From: an uncultured Spirochaetota bacterium
Lineage (GTDB): Bacteria > Spirochaetota > Spirochaetia > SZUA-6 > Fen-1364
Assembly (NCBI GenBank): GCA_963734545.1
Contig: CAVTHO010000007.1
Coordinates: 352,001-416,000, forward strand
Direction of reading: 5' to 3'
Length of the DNA stretch: 64,000 nt
Both the position numbers and the translations under genes were made by a program. Positions 28,894 to 40,026 of the stretch are shown here, piece by piece. Under the pieces are notes generated by a model. The model ran no database searches, was not told the DNA's origin, and saw nothing but the letters and a program-made list of their open reading frames with translations. Numbering within the stretch: position 1 is the first letter of the stretch; each line of letters starts with the position of its first letter.

Positions 28894-31425
28894 ATGTTCA
28901 AGGGTCTTACGCAGAGGGCACAGAAGGTACTCACCATCCTGGCTCAGGAGGAAGCAAAGCGCTTCCACTCCGACCAGCTGCTGCCCGAGCACATCATCCT
29001 TGCGCTGCTGAAAGACGGTGAAGGAGTCGCGGTCAAGGCATTGCAGCGGATCAAGGTGACCGGCTCGGAGATGCAGGCGGAAATCGAGAAAAGTCTTCCG
29101 AAGGGCAAGGGCGGCCTCATCCTCGGCGACGTGCCTCCGTCGAAGCGCGGACAGAAGATACTGGAAGATTCCGCCGAAGAAGCCCGCAGCATGGGCCACG
29201 AGTACATCGGCACGGAGCACCTGCTTCTCGCCGCGATCAAGGAGCAGGGGAGCATCGTGGCGCGCTATCTCGCGCGCTACAACATCACGCCGAACGGCCT
29301 GAGGGAAGCCATCCTGCAGATCAGCGGGACGGGAGACTACAAGGGCTCACCGGCCCAGACGGCAAAGAAGAAGCCGCAGTCGCCCACCAAGAAACCGACG
29401 CCGACCCTCGACGAGTTCGGCAGGGATCTCACCGCATTCGCCCGGGAAAACAAGCTGGACCCTGTCATCGGCCGTCAGAAAGAGATCCAGAGGGTCATCC
29501 AGATACTCGCGCGCAGGACGAAGAACAATCCCGTCCTCATCGGCGAACCGGGCGTGGGGAAGACGGCAATCGTGGAAGGCCTCGCGCAGAAGATCGTGGA
29601 CGGAACCGTCCCGGAAGTGCTGGTGGGCAAACGCGTGCTCACGCTCGACCTGGCCTCGCTCGTGGCAGGCACGAAGTACAGGGGCGAGTTCGAAGAGCGG
29701 CTGAAGAGGGTCATGAAGGAAATTCTTTCGGCGGGCAACGTGGTGTTGTTCATCGATGAGCTGCATACCATCATCGGAGCCGGTGGAGCGGAAGGCGCAA
29801 TCGACGCCTCCAACATGCTGAAGCCCTCACTCTCCCGGGGCGAGCTGCAGTGCATCGGCGCCACGACGCTGAACGAGTACAAGAAGCACATCGAAAAGGA
29901 CGCGGCCCTCGAGCGGAGGTTCCAGCCCATCTATGTGAGCGAACCCACGGTGGAGGAGACCGTAGAGATCCTCAAGGGCATCAAGAAGAATTACGAGGAG
30001 CACCACCGGGTGGTCTACACCCCGGCAGCCATCGAAGCCGCCTCCACCCTGTCGAGGCGCTATATCACGGAGCGCTACCTGCCCGACAAGGCGATCGATC
30101 TCATCGACGAATCCGGGTCCCGGCGCAGGATCAGGAACTCCATACGGCCCCGTGAGCTCGCCGATCTGGAAAAGGAGATCGAACGGCTCAATCTCGAGAA
30201 GACGAGCCTCGTGAACACGCAGAACTACGAGAAAGCGGCTGCGGTGCGTGACATGGTCCGCCAGCTCAAGGGCAAGGTGGACGAGATAAAGAAGACCTGG
30301 GAGAGCACGATCACCGTGGAAGAGAACGTGGTCGATGTGGAGGACATCCAGCAGGTCATCTCCGACATGACCGGCATCCCCCTGGCGCGCATCATCCAGA
30401 GCGAGTCGCAGAAGCTGCTCCACATCGAAGAGGAGCTGCACAAGAAAGTCATCGGCCAGGAAGAGGCCATCTCGGTCATTGCCTCGGCGATCCGCCGCTC
30501 GCGCACGGGACTCTCGTCGGCGCGCCGACCGCTGGGATCATTCGTTTTTCTTGGCCCCACGGGCGTGGGGAAAACGCTGGTCGCCAAGACGCTGGCGGAG
30601 TTCCTTTTCGGAGATGCGGACGCCCTGGTGCGCATCGACATGTCGGACTTCATGGAAAAGCACAATGTGTCCCGGCTGGTCGGGGCTCCCCCCGGGTACG
30701 TCGGCTACGAGGAGGGCGGGCTCCTCACGGAGAAGGTGCGGCGCAGGCCTTTCAGCGTCATCCTGCTTGATGAGATCGAGAAGGCGCACCCGGATGTCTT
30801 CAATATCCTTCTACAGGTACTGGAGGAGGGGCAGCTGTCGGACAACCTCGGCCATGCCGTCTCGTTCCGCAACTCGGTGCTCATCATGACCTCCAACCTC
30901 GGCGCCCGGGAAATCAACAAGGATTCCTCCCTCGGATTCCAGTCCGAAGAGGGGGCGGGCATGAACTTCAAGGACATCCGCAACTTCGTGATGGGCGAGG
31001 TGAAGCGGGCGTTCAACCCCGAGTTCATCAACCGCATAGACGAGATCGTGGTGTTCCATAACCTTGACAAGACCCACCTCACGCAGATTTTCGATCTGAT
31101 GGTGCAGGAAATCTCCAACCGGCTCGTCGAGCAGAAGATCACCATCTCCGTGCGCAAGAAGGCGCGGGAGTTCCTGATCGAGAAAGGGTTCGACGAGAAG
31201 TTCGGCGCGCGGCCCCTTCGCCGGCTCTTGCAGAAGGAAGTGGAAGATCCGCTGTCCCTGGAGATCCTGAAGGGCGCATTCGCGGCGGGGGACGCCATCG
31301 ACGTGGATATCAAGGGGGACAAGATCACTTTCCGCAAGCAGGCGTTGAAAAAGGAGCTCAACGCTCCCGATCAGCCCGCCGGGCTCCTGACCGGAGAGAA
31401 AGAGGCGGAGAAAGTCATCACATGA
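28894..31425 (+). CDS. clpC: ClpC AAA+ ATPase
   Basis: Clp-N repeats, [11 protein letters not shown] middle domain, [17 protein letters not shown]. Confidence 0.95.
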   Translation: MFKGLTQRAQKVLTILAQEEAKRFHSDQLLPEHIILALLKDGEGVAVKALQRIKVTGSEMQAEIEKSLPKGKGGLILGDVPPSKRGQKILEDSAEEARSMGHEYIGTEHLLLAAIKEQGSIVARYLARYNITPNGLREAILQISGTGDYKGSPAQTAKKKPQSPTKKPTPTLDEFGRDLTAFARENKLDPVIGRQKEIQRVIQILARRTKNNPVLIGEPGVGKTAIVEGLAQKIVDGTVPEVLVGKRVLTLDLASLVAGTKYRGEFEERLKRVMKEILSAGNVVLFIDELHTIIGAGGAEGAIDASNMLKPSLSRGELQCIGATTLNEYKKHIEKDAALERRFQPIYVSEPTVEETVEILKGIKKNYEEHHRVVYTPAAIEAASTLSRRYITERYLPDKAIDLIDESGSRRRIRNSIRPRELADLEKEIERLNLEKTSLVNTQNYEKAAAVRDMVRQLKGKVDEIKKTWESTITVEENVVDVEDIQQVISDMTGIPLARIIQSESQKLLHIEEELHKKVIGQEEAISVIASAIRRSRTGLSSARRPLGSFVFLGPTGVGKTLVAKTLAEFLFGDADALVRIDMSDFMEKHNVSRLVGAPPGYVGYEEGGLLTEKVRRRPFSVILLDEIEKAHPDVFNILLQVLEEGQLSDNLGHAVSFRNSVLIMTSNLGAREINKDSSLGFQSEEGAGMNFKDIRNFVMGEVKRAFNPEFINRIDEIVVFHNLDKTHLTQIFDLMVQEISNRLVEQKITISVRKKAREFLIEKGFDEKFGARPLRRLLQKEVEDPLSLEILKGAFAAGDAIDVDIKGDKITFRKQALKKELNAPDQPAGLLTGEKEAEKVIT

Positions 31426-34187
31426 GACCAGGCCCTGCCGCGCCTCCCGCTCTCCTTCGCTCGCGGCGATGGCGCGGGGGCGCGCGGCGGGGCGCCGCGG
31501 TACACCGCGGATTTTGGGGCGCCGCGGTACACCGCGGATTCTGGGGCGCCGCGGTACACCGCGGATTCTGGGGCGCCGCGGTACACCGCGGATTCTGGGG
31601 CGCCGCGGTACACCGCGGATTCTGGGGCGCCGCGGTACGGCGTACTCGCCGAACGGGTACGGCCTTCGGGCCGAGCGCGTGCTCGCGCACTCCCGTATTC
31701 CGCGGATTCTCCGCGGCGCGCCTTTGGGCCATCGTGGCGGCCATGCTCCTGTTCATTACTCCGTGTTTTGCCGAGCAGGCCCAGGGCCGAATGTCTCCGG
31801 AAGGGACCTTTCGGCTCGCCGGGGCAGCCTACCGGGCCGAGGATTACGCGCGTGCGCGTGATCTGTACGGAAAGATAGTCCTGGAATATCCGCTGACTCC
31901 ATTTGTCCGTGATTCGCTGTTCTTCCTGGCCGAATGTGAGCTTGCCCTGGGCAACAGCGCGGAAGCGGACAAGCGCTATCGCACCCTTCTCTCCCTTTAC
32001 CCTGATTCACCTTACCGGGAGGCCTCCACCTTTCGACTGGCCGATATTGCCTGGCGCGCCAGGAATGTTTCAGAGGCTCTTGTGCAGCTCGACGCGCTGC
32101 AGAAGCAGTTTCCGGATGGCGCTTATCGCGGCAACGCACTCTGCATGGAAGGGGATATCCAATTCACGCAGAACGACTATGCGCGGGCCCTTTTCGAATA
32201 TGAAAGCGCCATTGCGCGCTTGAAGGAAGGCCCCGGCCGGCAGACGGCCTGGTATGCGAAGGGACTCACCCTTCTCGCGCTGGGAAGGATTGGCGATGCA
32301 CAGGCATCGTTCGCCATGGCTGCAGCGGGCGCTGCGCCTGATATAGCGGAAAAGGCGGGCTTTCGGCGCGCGGTGCTTCTCGCGGGCGCCGGCAACGATC
32401 GAGATGCGGTGCCGGCCTTGAGCACGTTTCTGAAGCAATTTCCCGGCAGCGCCGAGACTGAGAAGGCCGCCGCGCTCATGGCGTCACTCCTGGTGAAAAG
32501 CGGCGATTCAGCGGGAGCGCTCGCCCGCTGGGACTCGCTGGTGAAAGGCTTCCCCCTGTCCGATTCGTTGCCAGAATATCTCTACAAAAGGGGCCAGGCC
32601 CTGGTCGCGCTGAACCGCGTCTCAGAGGCGCTGGACGATCTGCAGGCCGTCGTAACCCGATACCCACGCTCGCCCTGGAGCGCGCAGAGCTCCTACATGA
32701 TAGGCTATGTCTACACCCGGCGCGCCGAGTATCCCCGGGCGCTGCCGTATTTCCAATCCGCGGCGCAGAGTTCCGCGGAGGAAGAGCTCTCCGAGCGCAG
32801 TCTCTTTTCCATGGGGATCTGCCTGTTCAACATGGGCAGCTTCGACAGGGCGCTTGCGCGCTTTGAAGACCTCCGTTCCCGGAAGCCGAAGAGCATTTCC
32901 GAGGGCACAATCGTCGTGTTGATCGGCAGGACCCTCTATCGCGTGGGGAGGCTGGAAGAGGCTGTCCTGCGCCTGGGCGAAGCGGCAAGGCTGCTCGCGG
33001 CTGATTCCCTCGCTGACAGGACACGTGACGCTGCGGACGGGTCCGATGCCGCGTACTGGCTCGGATGGGCGAACCTGCGCCTGGGGCGTCTCGTCGAGGC
33101 TCGGGATGCCTTTCTTGTCCTGGCCAGGGAGTACCCTGCTGACGCGCGGCGCGTCGAGTCGCTGCTTCGCGCCGGCATCTGTGAAACCATGCGGGCGGAG
33201 GACACGGCCGCCGTGCGGCTCTTTGATGAAGTCATTGCCGCTCCCCGGTCGGCCGGAAATGGCGACCCGCGGGAGCAGGCGCTCTACGAGGAAGGCAGGG
33301 CTCTCGGCAGGCTTGGCAAGGCGCAGGAGCGCGCGGATGTGTTCGAGCGTCTTGCCGCGGAATTTCCCGCAGGGAAACTGGCACCGCAGGCCTTTTTCAA
33401 GCTCGCCGAGGAGGCTCTCGCGGACGGCCGCTACGCAGCGGCCGAATCCGGCTTTCAGAGGGTTGTGCGGGATTTTCCGGCGAGCGGCCTCGCTCTGCAG
33501 GCGCTCTATTGGAAGGCGCACGCAGTCTGGGAAGCAGGCGATCCCCGCGCAGCGCTCGACGGTTTCTGGGAATGCCTCGCGCAGGGCGCCCGGGCCGGCC
33601 TGCTGACAACCGCAACGGACGCGTTTCGCTCCGCGCTTCGCGCGACAGGGGACCTGGAGCTCGCCCGAAAGTTCTCGGAAAGGGCTGTCGGAAGCAGGGG
33701 ACTTGCGGTCGAAGCCGCAGCCGGGATCCAGCTCGAATACGCGCAGATGCTCCTGGGATCCGACCCGGAAGCGGCGCGAGCCGTCATCGATGACGTGAGG
33801 CGTGCCATGCCCCCTGAGCCTCTTGCCGGAGAAGCGAGCCTTCTCCAGGGAAGGTACCTGGCCGCGGTGGGTGACTGGAAAAAGGCCGAGGACGTATTCA
33901 GGTCCCTGGAAAGCGCACGCACGGACGAAGTGGGAGCACGGGCGGCAGGCGAGCATGCGCGCGTCCTGGAATCTACCGGGCGAACCGCCGAGGCGATCGA
34001 TGCGTACGTGACGGTCTCCTCCCGGTTTCCGGAATTCCAGGACATTGCGGCCCAGGGGCTCTACGAAGCGCGAAGAGTTGCCCGTGCTCGTGGAAACATG
34101 GGCAGGGCAGCGGAGATCGAGGAACGCCTGAGAAAGGCCTACCCTGACAGCCCATGGGTCCGGAAGCTGGATGCGACTATTGAATAG
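31422..34187 (+). CDS. large exported TPR protein (start either 31422 via ATGA coupling or near 31743)
   Basis: Many TPR/BamD-like repeats (xxYPxSP); signal-like segment [17 protein letters not shown]. Confidence 0.8.
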   Translation: MRPGPAAPPALLRSRRWRGGARRGAAVHRGFWGAAVHRGFWGAAVHRGFWGAAVHRGFWGAAVHRGFWGAAVRRTRRTGTAFGPSACSRTPVFRGFSAARLWAIVAAMLLFITPCFAEQAQGRMSPEGTFRLAGAAYRAEDYARARDLYGKIVLEYPLTPFVRDSLFFLAECELALGNSAEADKRYRTLLSLYPDSPYREASTFRLADIAWRARNVSEALVQLDALQKQFPDGAYRGNALCMEGDIQFTQNDYARALFEYESAIARLKEGPGRQTAWYAKGLTLLALGRIGDAQASFAMAAAGAAPDIAEKAGFRRAVLLAGAGNDRDAVPALSTFLKQFPGSAETEKAAALMASLLVKSGDSAGALARWDSLVKGFPLSDSLPEYLYKRGQALVALNRVSEALDDLQAVVTRYPRSPWSAQSSYMIGYVYTRRAEYPRALPYFQSAAQSSAEEELSERSLFSMGICLFNMGSFDRALARFEDLRSRKPKSISEGTIVVLIGRTLYRVGRLEEAVLRLGEAARLLAADSLADRTRDAADGSDAAYWLGWANLRLGRLVEARDAFLVLAREYPADARRVESLLRAGICETMRAEDTAAVRLFDEVIAAPRSAGNGDPREQALYEEGRALGRLGKAQERADVFERLAAEFPAGKLAPQAFFKLAEEALADGRYAAAESGFQRVVRDFPASGLALQALYWKAHAVWEAGDPRAALDGFWECLAQGARAGLLTTATDAFRSALRATGDLELARKFSERAVGSRGLAVEAAAGIQLEYAQMLLGSDPEAARAVIDDVRRAMPPEPLAGEASLLQGRYLAAVGDWKKAEDVFRSLESARTDEVGARAAGEHARVLESTGRTAEAIDAYVTVSSRFPEFQDIAAQGLYEARRVARARGNMGRAAEIEERLRKAYPDSPWVRKLDATIE
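31489..31638. repeat. 5.5 tandem 27-bp hairpin repeats GGGGCGCCGCGGTACACCGCGGATT(C/T)T
   Basis: Units at 31489, 31516, 31543, 31570, 31597 and a partial at 31624; half copy at 31695-31710. Confidence 0.95.
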
Positions 34188-35616
34188 CGCGCGCGGAGAG
34201 CTCGCGGGTAAGGCTGAGGAGCTTAAGGCGCGTTCCGTCTCCCTGGGCAAGGCGTACGGACCTTCCCTGCAAACGCACCGGCAGGGGGACCACGTACCTT
34301 ATTTTCCCCTGGTACAATCCAAGCTTCAGGATCACCGAATCCTCACCGCCGTCAGTGCCATCCATTCCGGGAAAGACAAAGTTGCCGAGCGAATAGGCGA
34401 TCAGACTGCCCTGGAACACCTGCAGGCCCTGGAGAACGTGTGGATGCGACCCGACGACCAGGTTGGCACCCGCCCGGACCAGCTCCGCGTAGAGCTTCCT
34501 CTGACCGGCAGTCGGCAGCGAGCTCCATTCCTCGCCGCCATGGACGAGGGCGATGTTGAAGCAGCCCGGCGAGAATGCGCGGGCAGCAGCGGCGAGCCCT
34601 TCCTCGTCCAGCCAGAGCGTGCCCGGCCTGTCCGGAGTCGCGCGCGCTGTTTTTCGTCCGTCAAATCCAGTTCGATCCACGGGGTATGCGGCGAATGAGA
34701 GAATACGGACTTCAGTTACGCCGAAACGGGCGATAAATGGCAGCGACGCCTCCCCCGCATTGCCCCCGGCCCCCGAGGTGCCCAGACCCCATCGGGAGAG
34801 ATTGGTCAGCGTGTCGAGGAAGCCCTGCATGCCGAAGTCAAACGTGTGGTTGTTGGCGAGCGAAAGGTAAGAAAAGCCTGCCTGCCTCAGCGCGCCAAGG
34901 GCCGCAGGTGCAAACCGGAACGTATAGGTCTTTCTGGTCCTGGAGCCTGCCGAGGTGGCGGCTGACTCGAGGTTCCCGAGCAGCAGCGCGCACGACTGCA
35001 GCGTGGGCAGCGTATCGCGGAACACCCGTTGAACCCCGCCGGATGAAAGGAGGGCTTCGTCCACTCCGCGTGCAGGCATGATATCACCCACTGCTCCGAT
35101 CCAGAGGATGTCGGTATCAGCCGCCGCGGCGGAGGGAATCGAGTCGAACCACCCGCGGAGCTGCTGGTCGTCGCCCTGGAGACCCACGGCCGCTTCGCCG
35201 GCCAGCCGGTAGCCTGGCTGGTCCGGAAACAGACCATCCACGGGAAGCGCGACATCAGGGAGGGTGACGCTTTCCAGGGGAACAACATGAACGACGCCCG
35301 CCTGCACGGCGTCCAGACCAGCGCTTCCCTGGGGCTCTCCCATCCGTATGACAGGGGCGCGCACGACGCGTGCGAAGACCTTGAATCCAGGCTCTGCGCC
35401 GATCTTAAGGGTGATCCTGTTGATCGTATCATTCCGTGTCGATTGTTCTCCCTGCGCCACGCGCTCCTCGTGCACGCCGGAGGGGAGAGGGTGGACTGCC
35501 ATGAGCCGCTGCCAGGCCGGCCACAGCCCCTCTTCTGCCTGCACGAGCACGGTCATGCCGGTCGCGCGGACGACACCGATGAGAAATACGGCAAAGAATA
35601 TGACGAGTTGCCTCAT
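34177..35616 (-). CDS. CapA / PGA_cap family metallophosphoesterase-like protein
   Basis: AVGDIM, GNLES, LANNHTFDFG, HGGEE, GSHPHVLQ, YSLGNFVF. Confidence 0.85.
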   Translation of the reverse strand: MRQLVIFFAVFLIGVVRATGMTVLVQAEEGLWPAWQRLMAVHPLPSGVHEERVAQGEQSTRNDTINRITLKIGAEPGFKVFARVVRAPVIRMGEPQGSAGLDAVQAGVVHVVPLESVTLPDVALPVDGLFPDQPGYRLAGEAAVGLQGDDQQLRGWFDSIPSAAAADTDILWIGAVGDIMPARGVDEALLSSGGVQRVFRDTLPTLQSCALLLGNLESAATSAGSRTRKTYTFRFAPAALGALRQAGFSYLSLANNHTFDFGMQGFLDTLTNLSRWGLGTSGAGGNAGEASLPFIARFGVTEVRILSFAAYPVDRTGFDGRKTARATPDRPGTLWLDEEGLAAAARAFSPGCFNIALVHGGEEWSSLPTAGQRKLYAELVRAGANLVVGSHPHVLQGLQVFQGSLIAYSLGNFVFPGMDGTDGGEDSVILKLGLYQGKIRYVVPLPVRLQGRSVRLAQGDGTRLKLLSLTRELSARAIQ

Positions 35617-35715
35617 GCCCGGGGCGCAGAGCATACACGGTTCCCCGATAAATGTCACGAAACTCAACGGCATGCCGCGCATTGCACGCGTAAACCAGAA
35701 CGGCTATCATGAACC

Positions 35716-37116
35716 ATGGCCAGACGTATTGAAGTATTCGACACGACCTTGCGCGACGGAAACAAGCTTCCATTCGCGGTGCTCTCTCCCCTGGATCGGC
35801 TGCTGCTTGCGCATCAGCTCGCGCGCCTCGGCGTGGACGTGATAGAGACCGGGTTCCCCGCGGCCTCGGACGAGGAGGCGGGGTGCGTCTCCCGCATCTG
35901 CGCCGAGGTGGAGGGGCCGTTCGTGGCGGCGCTGGCACGCGCCATCGACAGTGACGTCGACAAGGCGCTGGAATGCATCCGCAAGGCCGGGAAACCTTAC
36001 CTGCACGTGTTCATGTCCGTGTCCCCCCAGTTTCTCTCGCAGGTGCTGAAGCAGAAGGAAGAGGAGGCGCTGAAGAGCATCTCGCGCAGCATCCGGGCAG
36101 CCAGCGCGGCGAAGGTGCGGGTGCAATTCTCCCTCAGCGAGGCGCCTCATGCGCGAAAGGAGTTTCTACGGGAGGCATGCCGCGCGGCCCGGGAGGCGGG
36201 GGCCGACGTGATCAACCTTGCGGACACGAATGGAATCCTCGTGCCGGAGGATATGGCCGCGCTCGTGACCGAAGTACGAGACCTTTTCCAGAAAGGGAAA
36301 TCGGGCGCGCCCTCGATCGGGGTCCATTGCCACAACGACCTGGGCCTGGCGACCGCGAACAGCCTCGCGGCAATCAGGGCGGGCGCCTCGCACGTCGAGG
36401 TGACCGTCGGCGGTTTCGGAGAGAGAGCGGGCAATGCGGCCCTGGAAGAGGTGGCGTTTCTTCTTTCGGCCTGGGGGGAACGCTATAACGTTTCCCACGG
36501 AATCCACCTGGAGGAGATCGCGCGTACTTCCCGGCTTTTCGACAGCCTCACGGGCATCCGGACTCACCCGAACAAGCCGATCATCGGCCAGTGCGCGTTC
36601 GTGCCTGCTCCAGGAGGCTTCACAGGCAAATCGCTAGATCCCCTCATGCGGGACCTGCTTCGGGAAAAAACCATCGGCGGGCCGCAGGATGTGGCTCTCC
36701 CCGAGCCCGAGTCCGCGGGACCCTACACGCTGGACGCCTTCAATGTACTGACGAGCTCTCATTCTCCGCCGGTAGGGGTGGTGGTGATCCGCCGGGCGGG
36801 AAAGACGCTCACACAGACCTCCCACGGAAACGGACCCATCGACGCGCTCTTTCGGGCCGTGGACAAGGCGCTCGGGTTCACGACGCGCATGATCCTTTAC
36901 TCGGTCTCCACCCTGGCCACGGGGACCGAAGCGAGGGCCGAGGTCATTGTGACCGTGGAGCTCCGGGGCCGCAGATTCCACGGCCGGCACACGAGCACGG
37001 ACGTGATCGGTGCGAGCCTCCAGGCCTACATGAACGCCTGCAACGCCATCGGCGAGTCCGGAGTCCTCGAAGGGCCGTCGGACTTTCACGTGGCGGGAGA
37101 ATATCTCTGGGAATGA
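35716..37116 (+). CDS. LeuA-like DRE-TIM metallolyase with C-terminal regulatory domain
   Basis: DTTLRDG, GFPAAS, HCHNDLGLATAN, GERAGNAALEE, GNGPIDA. Confidence 0.8.
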   Translation: MARRIEVFDTTLRDGNKLPFAVLSPLDRLLLAHQLARLGVDVIETGFPAASDEEAGCVSRICAEVEGPFVAALARAIDSDVDKALECIRKAGKPYLHVFMSVSPQFLSQVLKQKEEEALKSISRSIRAASAAKVRVQFSLSEAPHARKEFLREACRAAREAGADVINLADTNGILVPEDMAALVTEVRDLFQKGKSGAPSIGVHCHNDLGLATANSLAAIRAGASHVEVTVGGFGERAGNAALEEVAFLLSAWGERYNVSHGIHLEEIARTSRLFDSLTGIRTHPNKPIIGQCAFVPAPGGFTGKSLDPLMRDLLREKTIGGPQDVALPEPESAGPYTLDAFNVLTSSHSPPVGVVVIRRAGKTLTQTSHGNGPIDALFRAVDKALGFTTRMILYSVSTLATGTEARAEVIVTVELRGRRFHGRHTSTDVIGASLQAYMNACNAIGESGVLEGPSDFHVAGEYLWE

Positions 37117-37129
37117 GGCGCGGCCGGCA

Positions 37130-38347
37130 CTATCCACGAGGAAGGCGCAGGCAGGAAAGAATCGCGAGCAGAGGGAAAGCGCCCACGATCATCATCATCC
37201 CCGGCAATCCGATCAGCTCGCCTATACCGCCCAGGGGCACCATGGCAAGGCCCGCCAGGCCCCAGGAAAAGCCCATAATGAGGGAAGACGCCATGGCAGG
37301 GGAGTCACCTGAATGTCTCTGCGCCATGAGGATCAGGAGCGGATTCGAGAAAGTCAGCACGGTTCCGGCCAGGACGATAAGAATGCTTCCTGCCGGGCCG
37401 GGAAAGAGGAGATAGCCGGCGATGGCAAGGGGCGCGCCGGCTGCGAGGGATGTCAGAACCAGCACCCGCTTGCCCGTCCTTCGGGAGAGCGCGCTCACGA
37501 ATACTGAAATCGCCGCGCCGAGCGCCAGCATTACCGTAAACAACACACCGATCGAAGTCAGGGGCATGGACAGCTTGGCCATGTAGACGGGCAGGAACGT
37601 GCTCAGGCCTCGCACGGCAACGGTGAGGCAGAAGTTGATGAACACAAGCCTCAGAAGAACCGCGCGGTCCCGACGATTGGCGAACAGGCCTTTCCACGTG
37701 ACGCGCACGGCCGGGACTGTGCGCGCCTTGAGCTCACGGGCGGGCAGAAGGAGAAAAAGGGCCCCGGCCACCAGCGCCGCGGGGACCGCCAGGACGGGGG
37801 TCGACTGGAATCCCCACGCGGAAATGAAAAATGCAATCACAGCCGGTCCTGCCGCGAAACCGAGATTGCCGCCCGCGCTGAATATCGCCATTCCGATCTC
37901 TGGATGGCTTCCGCTCAGCGTCGGCGTGACGGAGGCGCCCTTGGGGTGGAACGCAGCGGATCCCAGACAGCCGAGAAAGAGAGACGCGAGAAAGAGGGGG
38001 TAGGTAGGAATGACACCGACGAGGCTCACGAGGATCGCCGTGAGCAGGGGAGCCAGGTACAGGGATGCGGTGAGGCCGAACCTGTCGAAGAGCATTCCAA
38101 AAAGGGGCTGGCTCAGCGCGGACGCAAGGGCCGCCACCATGGAAATCGCTCCGACCATGGACAGGGTGAGCCCGAACTTCTCCATGACGATGGGAAACAG
38201 GGGCGTGAAAAAGCCCACGTAGATGTCATTGAAAAAGTGAGCGGCCGCGACGAGGAAGAGAATCGGGGAGACAGCGATCAGCGCACCTGCCGCCCCGGGT
38301 GCCCGCAGGGCCTCTTCGGGCGGGCGTCCCCGCGTGTGTGGGATCAT
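37130..38347 (-). CDS. MFS transporter (Fsr-like)
   Basis: About 12 TMs; HFFND, QPLFG..DR, AAFHP, GGNLGFAAGP. Confidence 0.85.
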   Translation of the reverse strand: MIPHTRGRPPEEALRAPGAAGALIAVSPILFLVAAAHFFNDIYVGFFTPLFPIVMEKFGLTLSMVGAISMVAALASALSQPLFGMLFDRFGLTASLYLAPLLTAILVSLVGVIPTYPLFLASLFLGCLGSAAFHPKGASVTPTLSGSHPEIGMAIFSAGGNLGFAAGPAVIAFFISAWGFQSTPVLAVPAALVAGALFLLLPARELKARTVPAVRVTWKGLFANRRDRAVLLRLVFINFCLTVAVRGLSTFLPVYMAKLSMPLTSIGVLFTVMLALGAAISVFVSALSRRTGKRVLVLTSLAAGAPLAIAGYLLFPGPAGSILIVLAGTVLTFSNPLLILMAQRHSGDSPAMASSLIMGFSWGLAGLAMVPLGGIGELIGLPGMMMIVGAFPLLAILSCLRLPRG

Positions 38348-38363
38348 CTTTCCCCTGCGCCTG

Positions 38364-38927
38364 CTATGAGTTGACCCTCTCCTGGTATTCCATTGTCTCC
38401 GTGTTGACGAGTATCTTGTCGCCCTGCTTGATGAAAAGAGGCACCTTGACCTTCAGACCCGTTTCGCAGGTGACCACTTTCGTCGCGCCGCTCACCGTGT
38501 CGCCGCGCTCCGCCTTCTCCGCGGCAGAGACCGTGAAGACCATCTTGGTGGGCAGCTTGATGTCGATCGGCGTCTGCTCCCAGAACACGACCTGGTAGTT
38601 TTCCCCGTCTTTCAGGAAGTCCCGCTTCTCTTCCTCTCCCTCGATGGGGATGGTGAACTGCTCGTAGGTCTTCGTATCCATGAACGCATAGTTTTCATTG
38701 TCCGCATACAGGAACTGTACTTCCTTGAATTCCACGGAAACATCTTCAAGAGTGTCCTGGACCTTGTTCGTCTGGCGCAGCACGCTGCCTGTCTTGATGT
38801 TTTTCAATTTCAGACGCACAAACGCCGACCCCTTGCCCGGATTCACGTACTCGCGCTCGACGCATACATGAGGCTGATTGTTGATGAGTACGAACGTGCC
38901 TTTCATAACGTCGCTGGCCCTGATCAT
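38364..38927 (-). CDS. efp: elongation factor P
   Basis: NPGKGSAFVR, RGDT, ETG..VKVPLFI..GD. Confidence 0.95.
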   Translation of the reverse strand: MIRASDVMKGTFVLINNQPHVCVEREYVNPGKGSAFVRLKLKNIKTGSVLRQTNKVQDTLEDVSVEFKEVQFLYADNENYAFMDTKTYEQFTIPIEGEEEKRDFLKDGENYQVVFWEQTPIDIKLPTKMVFTVSAAEKAERGDTVSGATKVVTCETGLKVKVPLFIKQGDKILVNTETMEYQERVNS

Positions 38928-38937
38928 GTGATTCCTT

Positions 38938-39942
38938 TCACCGTGTTTCGGATTGCCTGTCCAATATAGCTGAAAACGGGAACAAGATCACCCCCCGCAG
39001 AGAGCTTTCTCCGTTGAACACCATTTCAAGCCGGTCGACACCGAGCGCCGTACCGGAGCACGGAGGGAAGCCGGGAGGGAAGAGATCGGCCAGCCCCTCG
39101 TCGATGCGGTGGAGGACCCTGCACGACTTCTTCCTCTCCGATTCCTCCTTGATGAGGGCCCGCAAGGCCCGGGGATCGGTCTCCTCCGTATAACAGTTGG
39201 CAATCTCGACGCCGTCGACGTACAGCTCCCATCTTTCCGCCCAGGGCGTGCCCGGCTTGCGCCGGGCGGTCGTGGGCACGAGCGCGGGATAGTCCGTCAG
39301 CACCAGCGGCCGGCTCCTGGGCAGGCCCGGCTCCACAAGGGTAAGGAATACGATGTGGAACGCCTCTTCCCAGGTGAGGTCGGCCGACATCGCCACGCCC
39401 TGCCGGATCCCTGCCTCTCTCATCCTGCCCGCATCCTGGCAGGCGGCAAGCTCGATGCCGGCGAAACGGCGGAAGGCCTCCTCCATCGACACGCGGAGAA
39501 ACGGCGGCGCAAGCTGCTCCCGCGGCCGTCCCGGCGTGTTTTCCGCAAGCAGGCGGGAGAACAGATCTTCGGTCACGCCAATGGAATCGAGGTAGTCGGA
39601 GCCCGCCGTGTACCATTCCAGGAGCCTGAACTCGGGATTGTGCAACGGCCCGCCCAGGTCGCCGTTGCGGAAACTATGGCTGATCTGGAAGATGCTGCCG
39701 GAGCCCCGTGCGAGGAGTCTCTTCATCCACAGCTCGGGGGAGGGCGCGAGCCAGAGGGGCACGGCGGCACCCCGCGAGGCCAGGTACTCTGTACGAAATA
39801 CCTCGATGGCCGGCTCGGGGATGAGGTACGGGCTGAGGCAAGGAGTGTCCACCTCCGCATATCCATGATCGGCAAAGCATGAGCGGATGGACCGGATGAA
39901 TCGCGCGTGCGCGTGAAGGCTGCTGCGTATGGGACCTGCCAT
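38938..39942 (-). CDS. epmA: EF-P lysine-34 lysyltransferase
   Basis: SPELWMKRLLA, HNPEFRLLEWY, ERWELY..G.EIAN, CSGTALGVDRL; adjacent to efp. Confidence 0.9.
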   Translation of the reverse strand: MAGPIRSSLHAHARFIRSIRSCFADHGYAEVDTPCLSPYLIPEPAIEVFRTEYLASRGAAVPLWLAPSPELWMKRLLARGSGSIFQISHSFRNGDLGGPLHNPEFRLLEWYTAGSDYLDSIGVTEDLFSRLLAENTPGRPREQLAPPFLRVSMEEAFRRFAGIELAACQDAGRMREAGIRQGVAMSADLTWEEAFHIVFLTLVEPGLPRSRPLVLTDYPALVPTTARRKPGTPWAERWELYVDGVEIANCYTEETDPRALRALIKEESERKKSCRVLHRIDEGLADLFPPGFPPCSGTALGVDRLEMVFNGESSLRGVILFPFSAILDRQSETR

Positions 39943-40026
39943 GGAGGGCGAGTATAGCACGAACAAAACCCGCGCGTTTCCCGTCTCGTAGACACGGGAA
40001 GGCACGATCCGTATATTCATAGCGCA

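Noticed and set aside
31489-31638. CRISPR array
   Set aside because: Pure tandem repeat with no unique spacers.
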